64,000 bases of DNA from an uncultured virus (IMG/VR IMGVR_UViG_3300023184_000097) (IMGVR_UViG_3300023184_000097); one strand, 5' to 3'; counted from the stretch's first letter, positions 30,209 through 41,164 are shown. A program made the numbers and translations. The notes: generated by a model not told the origin, from the sequence alone.

Positions 30209-30616
30209 TTATGAGAATTTCATACGGTCTTTAACACTGAAATATTTAGGATTAATTTCCTTTTCCAGATCAAATTCTATTCTCTGAGCATTACCGTTCG
30301 GTGAAAATTGCCAATCTATTTTCGTTCCGAATTCTTCTGAAAGTATTTCTGCGATGTCATCTATGTAGTAGGATATTCTTTGCGGGATTCTTCCATCGAA
30401 AGACTTTGGCCAGTATTCAATAACAAATTGTTGCGGATCAGACACCTCTATAAAATCTACGTCCATTAATCTGGAGTTGAAATGAGATATGATGTCTTTT
30501 TTAGCCGACTCAACCATTTTAGATAAAAGCTCTATACCTTCCTCCTTTTCATTTTCCTTCTCGTGCTTAGCCCTTTCCGAAGGAAGCCACATTTCATATA
30601 GTTTAATGTTCTTCAT
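30209..30616 (-). CDS. Hypothetical protein (MKNIKLYE motif)
   Basis: ORF with TAATG coupling to the upstream gene. Confidence 0.6.
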   Translation of the reverse strand: MKNIKLYEMWLPSERAKHEKENEKEEGIELLSKMVESAKKDIISHFNSRLMDVDFIEVSDPQQFVIEYWPKSFDGRIPQRISYYIDDIAEILSEEFGTKIDWQFSPNGNAQRIEFDLEKEINPKYFSVKDRMKFS

Positions 30617-31425
30617 TATAAATAACCTTTCATTCTGTTAACTGTGGCCAACGCCTGGTACTTTCTTGTCTCCTCTGGTGGCAGATTAGGCATTTGTTTA
30701 TACATTAGAGCTCTATCATCACTATTCATTTTAGGCCAGTGCTCTTCTAAAGCTTGCTGATAACTTCGGGTTTTCATTAGTGTAAAAATAGATGCTAATG
30801 TTTCTTTAGATACCGGATTACCGTTACAAGAGAAACTGCAACCAACGGTCTGAGGTGCTCCCTCCAGGCTGGTGAGCTGATTACCGTTACAATAGAAATC
30901 CCAGTCAACGGTCTGAGGTGCTCCCTCCAGGCTGGTGAGGAGATTGTCGTTACAATAGAAACTCCGGTCAACAGTCTGAGGTGCTCCCTCCAGGCTGGTG
31001 AGCTGATTACCGTTACAAGAGAAATCCCGGTCAACAGTCTGAGGTGCTCCCTCCAGGCTGGTGAGGAGATTGTCGTTACAAGAGAAATCCCGGTCAACGG
31101 TCTGAGGTGCTCCCTCCAGGCTGGTGAGCTGATTGTTACCACAAGAGAAATCCCCACCAACGGTCTGAGGTGCTCCCTCCAGGTTGGTGAGGAGATTGTC
31201 GTTACAATAGAAACTCCCGCTCACTTTCCCGAACTTAATCCCTTTAAGATCCGTCAGATTTTTGGACATGCAATCGAAATCACCATCCACATCAATAAGT
31301 CTTGTAGTGGGATTAAGTTTCCAGCTTACTGCTGTGCAGCTATTAAGCCATCCAATCTGGTCTTCGGTAAGGGTTGGTGCAGCTGGTTCAGATTCAAATA
31401 CCCGATATGTTTTTAAATATCTCAT
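30616..31425 (-). CDS. LRR-like 21-aa repeat protein, paralog D (6 repeats)
   Basis: Near-identical caps to paralog B. Confidence 0.9.
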   Translation of the reverse strand: MRYLKTYRVFESEPAAPTLTEDQIGWLNSCTAVSWKLNPTTRLIDVDGDFDCMSKNLTDLKGIKFGKVSGSFYCNDNLLTNLEGAPQTVGGDFSCGNNQLTSLEGAPQTVDRDFSCNDNLLTSLEGAPQTVDRDFSCNGNQLTSLEGAPQTVDRSFYCNDNLLTSLEGAPQTVDWDFYCNGNQLTSLEGAPQTVGCSFSCNGNPVSKETLASIFTLMKTRSYQQALEEHWPKMNSDDRALMYKQMPNLPPEETRKYQALATVNRMKGYL

Positions 31426-32162
31426 TATAAATAACCTTTTATTCTGCTAACTGTGGCCAACGCCTGGTACTTCCTGACCTCTTCTGGTGGCAGATTAGGC
31501 ATTTGCTTATACATTAGAGCTCTATCATCATTTCCCATCTTAGGCCAGTGCTCTTCTAAAGCTTGCTGATAACTTCGGGTTTTCATTAGTGTAAAAATAG
31601 ATGCTAATGTTTCTTTAGATACCGGATTACCGTTACAAAAGAAACTCCAGTCAACGGTCTGAGGTGCTCCCACCAGGCTGGTGAGCTGATTGTTACGACA
31701 ATAGAAATTAATACCAACGGTCTGAGGTGCACCCTCCAGGCTGGTGAGGAGATTGTCGTTACAAGAGAAACTCCTGCCAACGCTCTGAGGTGCTCCCTCC
31801 AGGCTGGTGAGCTGATTACCGTTACAAAAGAAACTCCAGTCAACGGTCTGAGGTGCTCCCTCCAGACTGGTGAGGAGATTGTCGTGACAAGAGAAACCCC
31901 CGTCAACAGTCTGAGGTGCTCCCTCCAGGCTGGTGAGCTGATTATTGTTACAATAGAAATCCCCGCTCACCTCCCCGAACTTAATCCCTTTAAGATCTGT
32001 TAGACTTTTGGACGAGCAATCGAAATCACCATCCACATCAATAAGTCTTGTAGTGGGATTAAGTTTCCAGCTTCCTGCTGTGCAGCTATTAAGCCATCCA
32101 ATCTGGTCTTCGGTAAGGGTTGGTTCAGATTCAAATACCCGATATGTTTTTAAATATCTCAT
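31425..32162 (-). CDS. LRR-like 21-aa repeat protein, paralog E (5 repeats)
   Basis: Near-identical caps to paralogs B and D. Confidence 0.9.
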   Translation of the reverse strand: MRYLKTYRVFESEPTLTEDQIGWLNSCTAGSWKLNPTTRLIDVDGDFDCSSKSLTDLKGIKFGEVSGDFYCNNNQLTSLEGAPQTVDGGFSCHDNLLTSLEGAPQTVDWSFFCNGNQLTSLEGAPQSVGRSFSCNDNLLTSLEGAPQTVGINFYCRNNQLTSLVGAPQTVDWSFFCNGNPVSKETLASIFTLMKTRSYQQALEEHWPKMGNDDRALMYKQMPNLPPEEVRKYQALATVSRIKGYL

Positions 32163-32313
32163 TATAAATAATCTTTTATATTTCTATATGTCTCCAATGC
32201 ATTGTACTTTTAAATCTCTTCCGGTGTTAATCAAAACTGGATTCTGGAATATAATTTTAACAGCCTATTTATGAGGTTCTGCATTTTTTTATATATCTCT
32301 CAGCAGGTTATTT

Positions 32314-32763
32314 CTACTGAGTAATCTGAACTGCAATCACTTCCGAAAACTTTTCAGCTTCTCCAGACTTCTGAGATTTCTCCTTAAATGGCGATATTTT
32401 CTTGTAAATACACTCTATTTCCTCAAATGAAAGGTTACTTTTCTTACCGTTTATGTCAACTGTGCATGCAACCACGTTGCCTTCTATGTAACCCTTAGCC
32501 GAGTCAACCCTGTCGAAGCTTCTTGAGAAGTTACCCTCTTCCTCGAATTTCTTATTGGTGTAATAGCATGTCTGGTAGCTTAGCAGTTTTTTAACAGATT
32601 CGAATGATAAATTGAATTCTAGCTTCCTATCTGCTGCACTTTGATATATTTTTAGCATCTTTTTTGCAACCTCCAGATCATTAATCTCTGTAGATTCTGG
32701 TAAAAATGCGGGTCTTGGTTTTGGATGATTTATTTTCTTTGGTTTAATGTTCTTTTTTTCCAT
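32314..32763 (-). CDS. HNH-like fold phage protein
   Basis: EFNLS...CYYT...SFDRVDSAKGYIEGNVVAC...N. Confidence 0.6.
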   Translation of the reverse strand: MEKKNIKPKKINHPKPRPAFLPESTEINDLEVAKKMLKIYQSAADRKLEFNLSFESVKKLLSYQTCYYTNKKFEEEGNFSRSFDRVDSAKGYIEGNVVACTVDINGKKSNLSFEEIECIYKKISPFKEKSQKSGEAEKFSEVIAVQITQ

Positions 32764-32986
32764 ATATAATGTATGCGTTACTTAATTATTTTAATCCTAT
32801 TTATCCCTCTTAATTCTTTTGCCCAAATAAAAATTGATAAGGCTGGGGATTTCTGGGATCTTAAAGTGGATTTGACTTTAAATAAGATAAAAAGGATCGA
32901 CACTGTTTATTATAGTCACATTCTCCAGGTTTGTGACACTATTTCTTTTAATAAAGAAGGTGGGAACCAGATTCTTATGATGGAGA

Positions 32987-33649
32987 CTAAAGGAAATCTA
33001 TGTCCTCAATCTCCTCAAGTTCGTACCCCGCATTAAAGCTACCACTAGCACTAACTGACATAGAGTAGTTTTTGTTGTCTGATGTTTCGTAGCTTTCAAA
33101 AATTAATGTGATCCCATCTTCTTTGTATGTGTCTGTGTGTTCGAATTTACCTGTAACCAGATACTCGCCATTCCAGAATAGCATATCTATAAGATTCTCA
33201 TTAAAGTCTTTAGTGGTAATTTCTACCATATATTTTCTCAAAATCTGGTAAGTAAATGCTGTTGGTGTTATATTAATGCATGCTTTGGATTTTTGTCCCT
33301 TATAGTCACAATCAACCAAAATAGTTATGCCATATTCAAGATCTTTAAACGGATCAGAATAATCTATCCCGGTTAGCAAAGTCATAGCCTTTAAACCCAT
33401 TTCGCTTAAGACCGGAAATGTCTCTATCTTATAATTATTGTCTTTTATCAGTTTGATGAGGACTTTAACTTTCTCTATGGTAGAAAAACTATTCCCAGAA
33501 AGAGGTACATAAACACTAAATTCGTTTTTCATTCTTTTTTTTCGAAAATCCTCGGTTATATCAAAGAGCTCACTAATTTCTTTAGCTAGATACGTCTCAT
33601 TGGGTATAGCAGCTCCAGTATATTCTTCGTACAGTTTAATATTTTTCAT
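32987..33649 (-). CDS. Hypothetical protein (MKNIKLYEEY motif)
   Basis: ORF after GATATATA (33654-33661). Confidence 0.6.
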   Translation of the reverse strand: MKNIKLYEEYTGAAIPNETYLAKEISELFDITEDFRKKRMKNEFSVYVPLSGNSFSTIEKVKVLIKLIKDNNYKIETFPVLSEMGLKAMTLLTGIDYSDPFKDLEYGITILVDCDYKGQKSKACINITPTAFTYQILRKYMVEITTKDFNENLIDMLFWNGEYLVTGKFEHTDTYKEDGITLIFESYETSDNKNYSMSVSASGSFNAGYELEEIEDIDFL

Positions 33650-33815
33650 GGATTATATATCCTGCTTTTCTGTGATTATTATTTCATATACTGTTTTCCA
33701 ATTCTTCTAGTGTTGTCAATATCTTTCCTGCTGCTATTCTAGTCCATGCATCGGGAATCATCCGAAGAATAATCTCATCTTCATTGGGGTAAAATTTTCA
33801 TTAATTGTTCCCATG

Positions 33816-34958
33816 TTATTTCTCTTTTAATAAAAATGTATTTGATATAGCTTTGAAAGAAACGCTCTTGTCTTTGTTTCTAATAACTATGCCCTCTCTA
33901 TCTGTTTCCCCGTTCAATCTAGATTTATCATCAGCATATCTGATGATCTCGTCGATGGTCGGTGGTAATTTGTAATCGTAATTAATGACAGGCACAAGCT
34001 CAAGTGGTTTGTCGTCTACATTTATCTTGTTTAGGAAATGTACCATATCATCAAGTCCAAGATACTCTTGCTTATCTATATTGAACACATTAAAGATCCT
34101 TAGAGTGTGACCTTTGATTCTATAAGGGTTTTTTTGAACACCTTCCCCGATAAGTTCACCCTGAATAGCGTAATTTTCTTCTAGTGTTCCCAATTTTTCT
34201 TCTATGAATAATTCACGAGCAACTTTCCAGAAAGTGTTTTCTTTCCTAGGTCTTTCGACACCATCATCGCAAAGAACTGATCCCGGTTCGAATATCCCTG
34301 GATCTGCTAATTCCAGATTTCTTGAACACACACCGAATACTCCGTCTCTGAAGTAATACGTTGCAGAACTTCCGTCAAGCTTTTCTGTAACGTAATAGTG
34401 CTTATCCTTCATGCTCTCATATTCAGCAGTCATGTTTTGGATTCTTTCCTCGTCGGTTTTTCTGATGAATCCAGGAAAATTTCCTTTAACCTTCCCTGAG
34501 AGTTCTGCTGGGATTGGCGGTTCGTATTTCAGTACACACATGTAAGCAGTAACATCAGCTCCTTCTTCGATAACTATTGCATCATCATAAGGTCCAAGCT
34601 GAAGTTGATCGCCCCAGGGTTGCTTGCTGATCCCGATTTTCATTTCATCATCTTTTTCAAGAATAGACAGTGGAAGTAAAAGACCTTGACTTAATTCTTG
34701 CCTAAGTTTAATCGTTTTTAATCTGAATCCTTCAATATCCCCCATCTTCTTATATGATGATTTTCTTAGGAATTCAAAGTCTTCCTCTAGGGGTAAAAAG
34801 GAATCAACTTCAAAATAAACAGCTAAATCGCCTTCTGTATATTCCCCTATTTTAGTTACGACTTTCCATCCACCAACGTGACATATTTCTAAAGAATCAG
34901 CATTTGGATGTTTTGTTATTTTATCAATCTTTCTGATCGATGCGAGTTTTCTTTCCAT
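33816..34958 (-). CDS. RNA ligase, DRB0094 family
   Basis: RKLASI..HPNAD, SQGLLLP, KTDEERIQN, TEKLDGSS, GELIG, EGIV, SFKAISN. Confidence 0.9.
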   Translation of the reverse strand: MERKLASIRKIDKITKHPNADSLEICHVGGWKVVTKIGEYTEGDLAVYFEVDSFLPLEEDFEFLRKSSYKKMGDIEGFRLKTIKLRQELSQGLLLPLSILEKDDEMKIGISKQPWGDQLQLGPYDDAIVIEEGADVTAYMCVLKYEPPIPAELSGKVKGNFPGFIRKTDEERIQNMTAEYESMKDKHYYVTEKLDGSSATYYFRDGVFGVCSRNLELADPGIFEPGSVLCDDGVERPRKENTFWKVARELFIEEKLGTLEENYAIQGELIGEGVQKNPYRIKGHTLRIFNVFNIDKQEYLGLDDMVHFLNKINVDDKPLELVPVINYDYKLPPTIDEIIRYADDKSRLNGETDREGIVIRNKDKSVSFKAISNTFLLKEK

Positions 34959-35009
34959 ATTTTCTTATTTCCTCTGGATTATTATTAAAAAATTTTTTTG
35001 ATTTATTGA

Positions 35010-35477
35010 TTATTGTTCTTCGTATATCTTATTGATTGTTTGTGAAATTATTTCATTATAAGGTAGCCATTCCATGATCATTTTTTCCTTTTCATAAGCA
35101 GCCGGAACGTGACATCCGTGATTTTCCATCGGTATTAAAGCCTTACATTGTGAAGGTCTTTCTTTGAATGCTTTTAAACATCCAGATTCAGTTAAGAATA
35201 CACATTCACCACCCCGTGAACCATCTACTATTTTACCAACAGATCTTTTAGTTTGTGGTCTTAAATAGTAGAACGTGATGCCTTCATGCTCAGGTTTATG
35301 AGTCATATTCCCTTCCCAGTAATCAAACTGATAGCCCTCTTTAAAAAGATCTGTTAGAGATTCGCCAGTTATTTCACTTAGATCTTTAGGCGAAACTATA
35401 CCGGGCATCCTTTTGCAGCATTGACCGCATTTTGAGCAGAGCGATTTATTCTCGTTATTTTCCATTAAGAGTGGCAA
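35010..35477 (-). CDS. YkgJ-family cysteine cluster protein
   Basis: CxxCGxCC, CVFL, RPxxC. Confidence 0.75.
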   Translation of the reverse strand: MPLLMENNENKSLCSKCGQCCKRMPGIVSPKDLSEITGESLTDLFKEGYQFDYWEGNMTHKPEHEGITFYYLRPQTKRSVGKIVDGSRGGECVFLTESGCLKAFKERPSQCKALIPMENHGCHVPAAYEKEKMIMEWLPYNEIISQTINKIYEEQ

Positions 35478-35559
35478 TTTTTTTTATTTATTTTCTCAAA
35501 TATATGACATACGAATGAGATAAAAAAATTTTATTGGACATTTTTGTGATATATAAATC

Positions 35560-35814
35560 ATGAAATATCCTAAGAAGTACCTAACAGCTAATCCCAATAT
35601 CATGAAACGTGAGATCAAAAAGCATATGAACAAGTCTGACGATGACTCTTCGGCATATAAAGAATGGGACGCCGATTATAAAAGCGGAAAGGCTGGAAAG
35701 GGCAAACCAGTTCCAACTAAGCCCAGCAAATACACTAAGAAATTTAAAGAACTGTATGGCGAGAGCGAAGAATTTAAACATTTAAAGGGGTTTAATGATT
35801 TTATCCCTGATTAA
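35560..35814 (+). CDS. Basic protein resembling the N-terminal half of DUF5824
   Basis: PKKY...TKPSKYTKKF. Confidence 0.55.
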   Translation: MKYPKKYLTANPNIMKREIKKHMNKSDDDSSAYKEWDADYKSGKAGKGKPVPTKPSKYTKKFKELYGESEEFKHLKGFNDFIPD

Positions 35815-36843
35815 TTCTATAAAACTGTAACTTTCACTGAGTGATTTTAATTTACTGTCATAATCCTCTCTTCTCCATTTTTTTAATTTTTTAGTTTCTA
35901 AAATTTTATTAATTTTGATATATTCCCTCCATTCTCTTAATAGGTTTATGGAATCCCCTAAATTATTACAGCTGTTAAAATCAAATGTGGATTTTTTGTG
36001 TGTCAGTGAATATTTTTCTATAATTATATCTCTCAGCCAAACAAGACCATAATAATCAGTATGAGACACTTTAATAATTCTTTTTGAATTTTTTTTAGGT
36101 ATTAGCTCCCATCTCATGAATGATGGATTGAAGATAATCAGGCTATAAGTATTTTCTACTTGTAATATACCATCGATTGGATAAGTTGATGGTGAATTGC
36201 ATAGATCTACTATACTTCGGGTATTAAGCTTTCTCCCCTTAGTAAATCCATCAGGTATGGGTTTACCTGCATGTATCATCCTAGTATCCCCAGTCTCATT
36301 ATCGGTAACCCAAAATGTTCCTTTTACGTTATCCGAATTGGCTCTAAGCCATTCCAAATTAACCCTTGCCATATTAACACCCTCGACCCAATCTTCCCCT
36401 GGACTATCAAAAGATGCAGTTTCCTTTCCTGTTAATATATTGAGCCAATATTTTTTACCCAGATTTTTCCCACCGCCGAGTGGAGCTATTCTTTTGCAAT
36501 GTCCTGATTCGCTGTGTTTTTTACCAGAGATTTTACCACCAAGAGAAATCCCATCTTTATAGAACTGCTCGTCTCTAATTCCTTCCCTGAATATCCCTCC
36601 TCCCTCCAATAACATTTTTTTACCTACTCTTTTACCATTCTCCACCATCAATTCCCTTATAATTTCTTCCCTTTCGATCATTCCGGAAAGACCCAGCCAC
36701 GCTAAACGATCCTCAATTTTCCCATGCACCTCATAAAGTACTTTGTGTGCTTCCGCATGTTCCCCTATGGAGAGGGATTTTATATTTTCTGGGTCATTTG
36801 TCCCACCCATATGTTTGGGTATTATGTGATGTTTATGTTTCAT
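35782..36843 (-). CDS. HNH homing endonuclease
   Basis: HKHHIIPKHMGGTNDPENI...EHAEAH. Confidence 0.85.
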   Translation of the reverse strand: MKHKHHIIPKHMGGTNDPENIKSLSIGEHAEAHKVLYEVHGKIEDRLAWLGLSGMIEREEIIRELMVENGKRVGKKMLLEGGGIFREGIRDEQFYKDGISLGGKISGKKHSESGHCKRIAPLGGGKNLGKKYWLNILTGKETASFDSPGEDWVEGVNMARVNLEWLRANSDNVKGTFWVTDNETGDTRMIHAGKPIPDGFTKGRKLNTRSIVDLCNSPSTYPIDGILQVENTYSLIIFNPSFMRWELIPKKNSKRIIKVSHTDYYGLVWLRDIIIEKYSLTHKKSTFDFNSCNNLGDSINLLREWREYIKINKILETKKLKKWRREDYDSKLKSLSESYSFIELIRDKIIKPL

Positions 36844-36890
36844 AATTGTATATAGATATATAGAGTATATATCAAAAAAGTTCCAGAGTT

Positions 36891-37241
36891 ATGACCAATT
36901 TAATAGAATATAATAGTTTTTTTCAGCTTATCGAACAAGGTGCATATGAGGTTTTTATGGAGTGTGAAAGTGCAATAGACGAAGCAAATGAATCTACATC
37001 AGAGACGGCACTAAAAAACAAAGCAAAAAAATCAGGATTTCCGTTAGGGATATTGAGACAAGTTTATAAACGCGGCTATTCAAGTTGGAAGCTTGGCCAC
37101 CGACCTGGTGTGCCCCCACAGGCCTGGGCAATGGCACGTGTGAACAGTTTTATCGTTGGAGGTAGAACAACAGAGGTTGGTGACGGAGCTCTTTATAAGC
37201 AAGCTAAGAAAGCGAAAGCAGCCAAGAAAAAGAATAACTAA
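36891..37241 (+). CDS. Protein resembling the C-terminal half of DUF5824
   Basis: KAKKSG.PLGILRQVYKRG..W..GHRPG..PQAWAMARVNSF. Confidence 0.7.
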   Translation: MTNLIEYNSFFQLIEQGAYEVFMECESAIDEANESTSETALKNKAKKSGFPLGILRQVYKRGYSSWKLGHRPGVPPQAWAMARVNSFIVGGRTTEVGDGALYKQAKKAKAAKKKNN

Positions 37242-37296
37242 ATTGAAATTATTTGGCTCTTTATCAGAGGGGTAAAGCCAATTTAAAGGATAAGAA

Positions 37297-38027
37297 TTAT
37301 ATAATTTTTTTACCGTAATCTATAACAGAATAACCATCAGCTTGTTTTACTAGAGGTGTTTTCGTAGCAAATATCGGAACACGTTTATCATAATTCCAGT
37401 AGAACCAAATATCCCAGGCATGCCATCCAGTATTAGCTAATTTGTATTGTATGCTTTCTTTCTCTGATTTAAAAATTAAATAACAATGAGCCATAAGAAA
37501 ATGATCTATTTTTTATATCTACCCATTTCTATCGAAGTATCAATTATTGAAGCACTAGAGCCTAATCCATAGCTAACATCACCTAAAGTAATTACTGCTG
37601 CGGATCTTTGAATCCCAAAATAATAAGAATCATAGATAGATTCAACCAATTCTTCGGGACTTATATCATATATCGCATCTCCTTCAACCACTAATAGGGC
37701 ATCATAATTTCCAAAATTCTCTATAGCGGATCGATGTGCAGAATAGCACCCATAATGTCCATATGAAAGTACTGGTGGGATGTTGATGAATTCCTTTGAA
37801 GTGTTTATGATCTCCGGCTGTGCGCAATTTTCTGATGGTAAATCGGTACGATTGACAACAGAGTACATCTGGGAATAACAAGCAAAGTTGCTGGATATTT
37901 TTTCAAATGCTGCAATTGATGCTTTTTGCTTATCCATAGTCGAATCCCATCTTTCAGGATGAATGTCCTGTGGTTGATTAGGATCTAGAAGTAGATGACA
38001 GATTTTAATTCTTGGTCTTACACTCAT
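37297..38027 (-). pseudogene. GT25-like glycosyltransferase split by a 1-nt frameshift
   Basis: GHYGCYSAH..LLVVEGDA in 37506-38027; adding one A to the A6 run before TAG gives KKIDHFLMAHCY, continuing into 37297-37494. Confidence 0.6.
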
Positions 38028-39088
38028 TACTTTTTAAATCTATTTAATGAATTTGTAGAGATCATATTCCATTTAGCATTTCCTATGAACTCTTGTAGGG
38101 TAGCTGCATTGCTATAACTCATTGCCGAACTAAGATAGCTTATAAAATTATCTCTCCAACCAACAAGTGTGTATTCAACAGGTTGCATCCGGGTAACACC
38201 TTCGCTTGTTTTTAAATCTGTCTTGCCCATAGCCTTCTGAGCCTCTTTGGTGCTCATTCCCCTGAACTTCTTAAACATCTTAGTCCCGTAGTTAAAAAGA
38301 TTTCTAGTCTCGTCAGAATACTGATCTATCTTCTCGCCAGGCTCTGTCCAACCTTCACCCTTCGTATTAGCTAAATAGGTGTCGCCTGCGCTCTCTAAAG
38401 TCTTATTCAATATTGAACCAAGCATAACGTGATCTGCTCCTAAAGCGAGAGCCTTAATGATGTCTGCGTAGCTTTTGAATCCTCCATCTGCAACGATTTT
38501 TGCTGGAGTTTGTAATGTACAGCTAATTTCATAGCACTCGTGGATGAGTGAAGCCATAGGATAGCCAACGCCTGTCTGAACCGAGGTCAAACAACCAGAA
38601 CCATTGCCTATAGATATTCTTATTAGGTCTGCACCGGCATCAGAAAAAATCCTATATGTTTCTGGATTTGCAATATTACCAACCATTAGAACCATGTCAT
38701 CCCCATATAGTGATTTAGCCTCTCGTGTCATGTCTAGCAAACTCTGCATGTGTCCGTTTGCAATGTCAATTAAAACATAATATCTTTCGCATACTTCCAC
38801 CTTACCGTTATCTAGAAAGATTTTTTTAAACTCATCCTTACCAAAAGATATGAAGTTGTTAAAATCACTTTCTAGATTAACCTCAGATACTGGTGCCTTT
38901 CTAGGTCTTACTACTTTTATCCCTGCACTTTGAAATATCGTGTAGTTACGATCATCGATCACAGTGTCCATTGGTGCGGTGAATAAAGGCAAGTAGCCGT
39001 CTTCATAGAAAACATCAACCTGTTTTCTCGATTCAATCCTGCTAATCGCTGCCGGCTGAATTAATATGTCGTCGAAGTCAAATTTCAT
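38027..39088 (-). CDS. IMP dehydrogenase/GMP reductase family protein
   Basis: FDFDDILI, TAPMDTV, DIANGH, IGNGSGCLT, ADGG, FRGMST, SEG. Confidence 0.9.
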   Translation of the reverse strand: MKFDFDDILIQPAAISRIESRKQVDVFYEDGYLPLFTAPMDTVIDDRNYTIFQSAGIKVVRPRKAPVSEVNLESDFNNFISFGKDEFKKIFLDNGKVEVCERYYVLIDIANGHMQSLLDMTREAKSLYGDDMVLMVGNIANPETYRIFSDAGADLIRISIGNGSGCLTSVQTGVGYPMASLIHECYEISCTLQTPAKIVADGGFKSYADIIKALALGADHVMLGSILNKTLESAGDTYLANTKGEGWTEPGEKIDQYSDETRNLFNYGTKMFKKFRGMSTKEAQKAMGKTDLKTSEGVTRMQPVEYTLVGWRDNFISYLSSAMSYSNAATLQEFIGNAKWNMISTNSLNRFKK

Positions 39089-39357
39089 TCTGATTGTTTT
39101 AAATAATTTACTAACGATTGAAGTCTTTCAGCATCATCTGGATTGAATATAAATTCATCGAATGCACCATACCTAGATTTATAGCCAAAAATATATTTGA
39201 TGCCATATTTTAATCTTTGCCAGAATGGCCTTTTATTTAAATGAACGTGTGAATAAACTCTTGGGTATCCGTCATCTTCGCTATATAGTATAACCATCTG
39301 ATGATCCGTGGAGTGGCATTCGCAAATAAAAATTTCTGGTGTGTTATTCTTCGTCAT
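39085..39357 (-). CDS. Hypothetical protein
   Basis: ICECHS..H motif; ORF track, start uncertain. Confidence 0.55.
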   Translation of the reverse strand: MTKNNTPEIFICECHSTDHQMVILYSEDDGYPRVYSHVHLNKRPFWQRLKYGIKYIFGYKSRYGAFDEFIFNPDDAERLQSLVNYLKQSE

Positions 39358-39566
39358 GTGATAGTGATTTAACAAAAGGTCTACCCAGAAAACATTTATA
39401 TGCTTCCCAAGAGCCTCTTAGTTGGTAAGTGTAATAGCCGTGTGGATCATCATATTCATTAATAACCTCTACAAAATACTTCTGATCGCTGTCTTCGATC
39501 ATGTTGTTAATAAATTCCTTTAGATCATTTTCATCCGATGGTATAATTCCTACGTAAAAATATATT

Positions 39567-39893
39567 TTATTCTTCATGTTCTTCTTTTTCCCAACCTGTT
39601 TCAGAGTACATGTACTCGCAGCAGGGATATTCCCTACCCTTCTCGTCTATGTCAGCCCATACGGAATCTTTCTTTATCCACTTCCAGTCAACTCCTTCTA
39701 TTCCCTCCGGTAAAATAGGAGCACTCAATGGCGGATGATAAGAATTCACGTCAACTGAATAGTGGTTACAATCGCATCCTCTATGCACACAATCATCACA
39801 GCTGTTAGAATTGCCTCCTCCAGAGTATCCTGGAAGGTAGCACCACACTGCGATTTCTCCACAATCGCATAAATCCTTACCAGCTATCAACAT
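39567..39893 (-). CDS. Cys-rich hypothetical protein
   Basis: Multiple CxC/CxxC motifs; start uncertain. Confidence 0.55.
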   Translation of the reverse strand: MLIAGKDLCDCGEIAVWCYLPGYSGGGNSNSCDDCVHRGCDCNHYSVDVNSYHPPLSAPILPEGIEGVDWKWIKKDSVWADIDEKGREYPCCEYMYSETGWEKEEHEE

Positions 39894-40083
39894 CGGTTAA
39901 ATCTAATTCAGTTTTAGTGTGATGACTATAAACAGAAATTCCGCTACCTATTCCTGTTGGTGAGATCTTCCAAGTGAAGCATCCATATTCCCCATAGATA
40001 GCTTTGATGTGTGAGATCCACTCATCATACATCTTTTGTTGCTTATCGTTAAGCTCCTCGTGTATTACAGTATTCCCCATTTC

Positions 40084-40524
40084 TTATTCTCCGTGATGTC
40101 TATTATACTCCTCTTGCTCCTGGAATTTTCGATAATTATCCAAATACATAAAGATATTTTTTCCGCCTGCTGGATTCATTGAGTGAACTATGTAATCAGG
40201 AAGATCCTGTTTTGTGTCCATACAGAGATCAACTAACCATTTAGCGCAGTCCATTCCAGTTTTTTCCTGGAATGTTTCGTAGTTCTTGTTGTAGACCTCA
40301 GTACTAGCATACATGTCCGAAGAATAATGTTCATGAGCCAAATCATGATCGAAAGATATGATGTTGGGCAAACCATTTTTTCTTATAAAATTAACAAACT
40401 CATCATAATTTCTAACTATAACAAATTCGTTATCGAAATAGAATTTTGCGTTTGGCATATACTGACAGCAGTCTTTTGGGTTTCTTACGTCGTCCAAGAA
40501 TAAATTGTATGTTTTTGTTTTCAT
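40084..40524 (-). CDS. Cyclic-phosphate processing receiver-like domain protein
   Basis: LFLDDVR, ISFDHDL, TGMDCAKW, VHSMNP. Confidence 0.8.
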   Translation of the reverse strand: MKTKTYNLFLDDVRNPKDCCQYMPNAKFYFDNEFVIVRNYDEFVNFIRKNGLPNIISFDHDLAHEHYSSDMYASTEVYNKNYETFQEKTGMDCAKWLVDLCMDTKQDLPDYIVHSMNPAGGKNIFMYLDNYRKFQEQEEYNRHHGE

Positions 40525-40527
40525 TTA

Positions 40528-40977
40528 TTAAAGTTTTACCTCGAATCTTTGTCTCATCCGATCCAACGTTTCCGTGGGAACGTTGTGAACATTTGAGTTA
40601 CCGTGTCGGTTCTCTATGATTAATGTTGTGACCTGGTAGCCATACTTCTTAGCAAGATCGATATAAGCCTGCATTTCCCATTCTTGCGTGAATGTATTTG
40701 ACACCACAATCTCTGGATAATATTGAGGATTTGTCTGATGATCACTCATTCGTGTCTCAACCTCGTTTCTACACCATTCATGTGCTTCCTTTAATCTTGA
40801 TGCGTCAAAGTTATATTCACCAGTTTCTTTGTTGTGAAAAAACTTATCAGCTTCGCAAATAGCGTAATCATTCCAGATATGCTTTGCAAATGTGGATTTT
40901 CCTGAACCTGAAATTCCTCTCACAAGAAATAGGGTTGGGTTCAGTGTGTGATATTCTTCGCTTCTTACGTTTTCCAT
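40528..40977 (-). CDS. Polynucleotide kinase-like P-loop protein (AAA_33)
   Basis: RGISGSGKST, EAD, VSNTF, HNVP. Confidence 0.8.
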   Translation of the reverse strand: MENVRSEEYHTLNPTLFLVRGISGSGKSTFAKHIWNDYAICEADKFFHNKETGEYNFDASRLKEAHEWCRNEVETRMSDHQTNPQYYPEIVVSNTFTQEWEMQAYIDLAKKYGYQVTTLIIENRHGNSNVHNVPTETLDRMRQRFEVKL

Positions 40978-41164
40978 TATTCAAAAATTATTCCTTCTTT
41001 TTCTACATACTCAACGAAAGCTTTTTCAGCTTCTTCTTTTGTTGGATAGTATCCTATAATCTCATCATGAGTGATAGGATCATTAACCCCAAATTTTTCT
41101 CCGCCTATTGTGGAGAATACGAATGTGTCTAAAATTTCTTGTGTTACCATTTTTTATATTTTTT

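Noticed and set aside
3804..32162. Diversity-generating retroelement acting on the LRR-like genes
   Set aside because: No reverse transcriptase or non-coding template repeat in the window, and some variable codons (GAG, AGA, GTA) do not fit A-only mutagenesis of AAY
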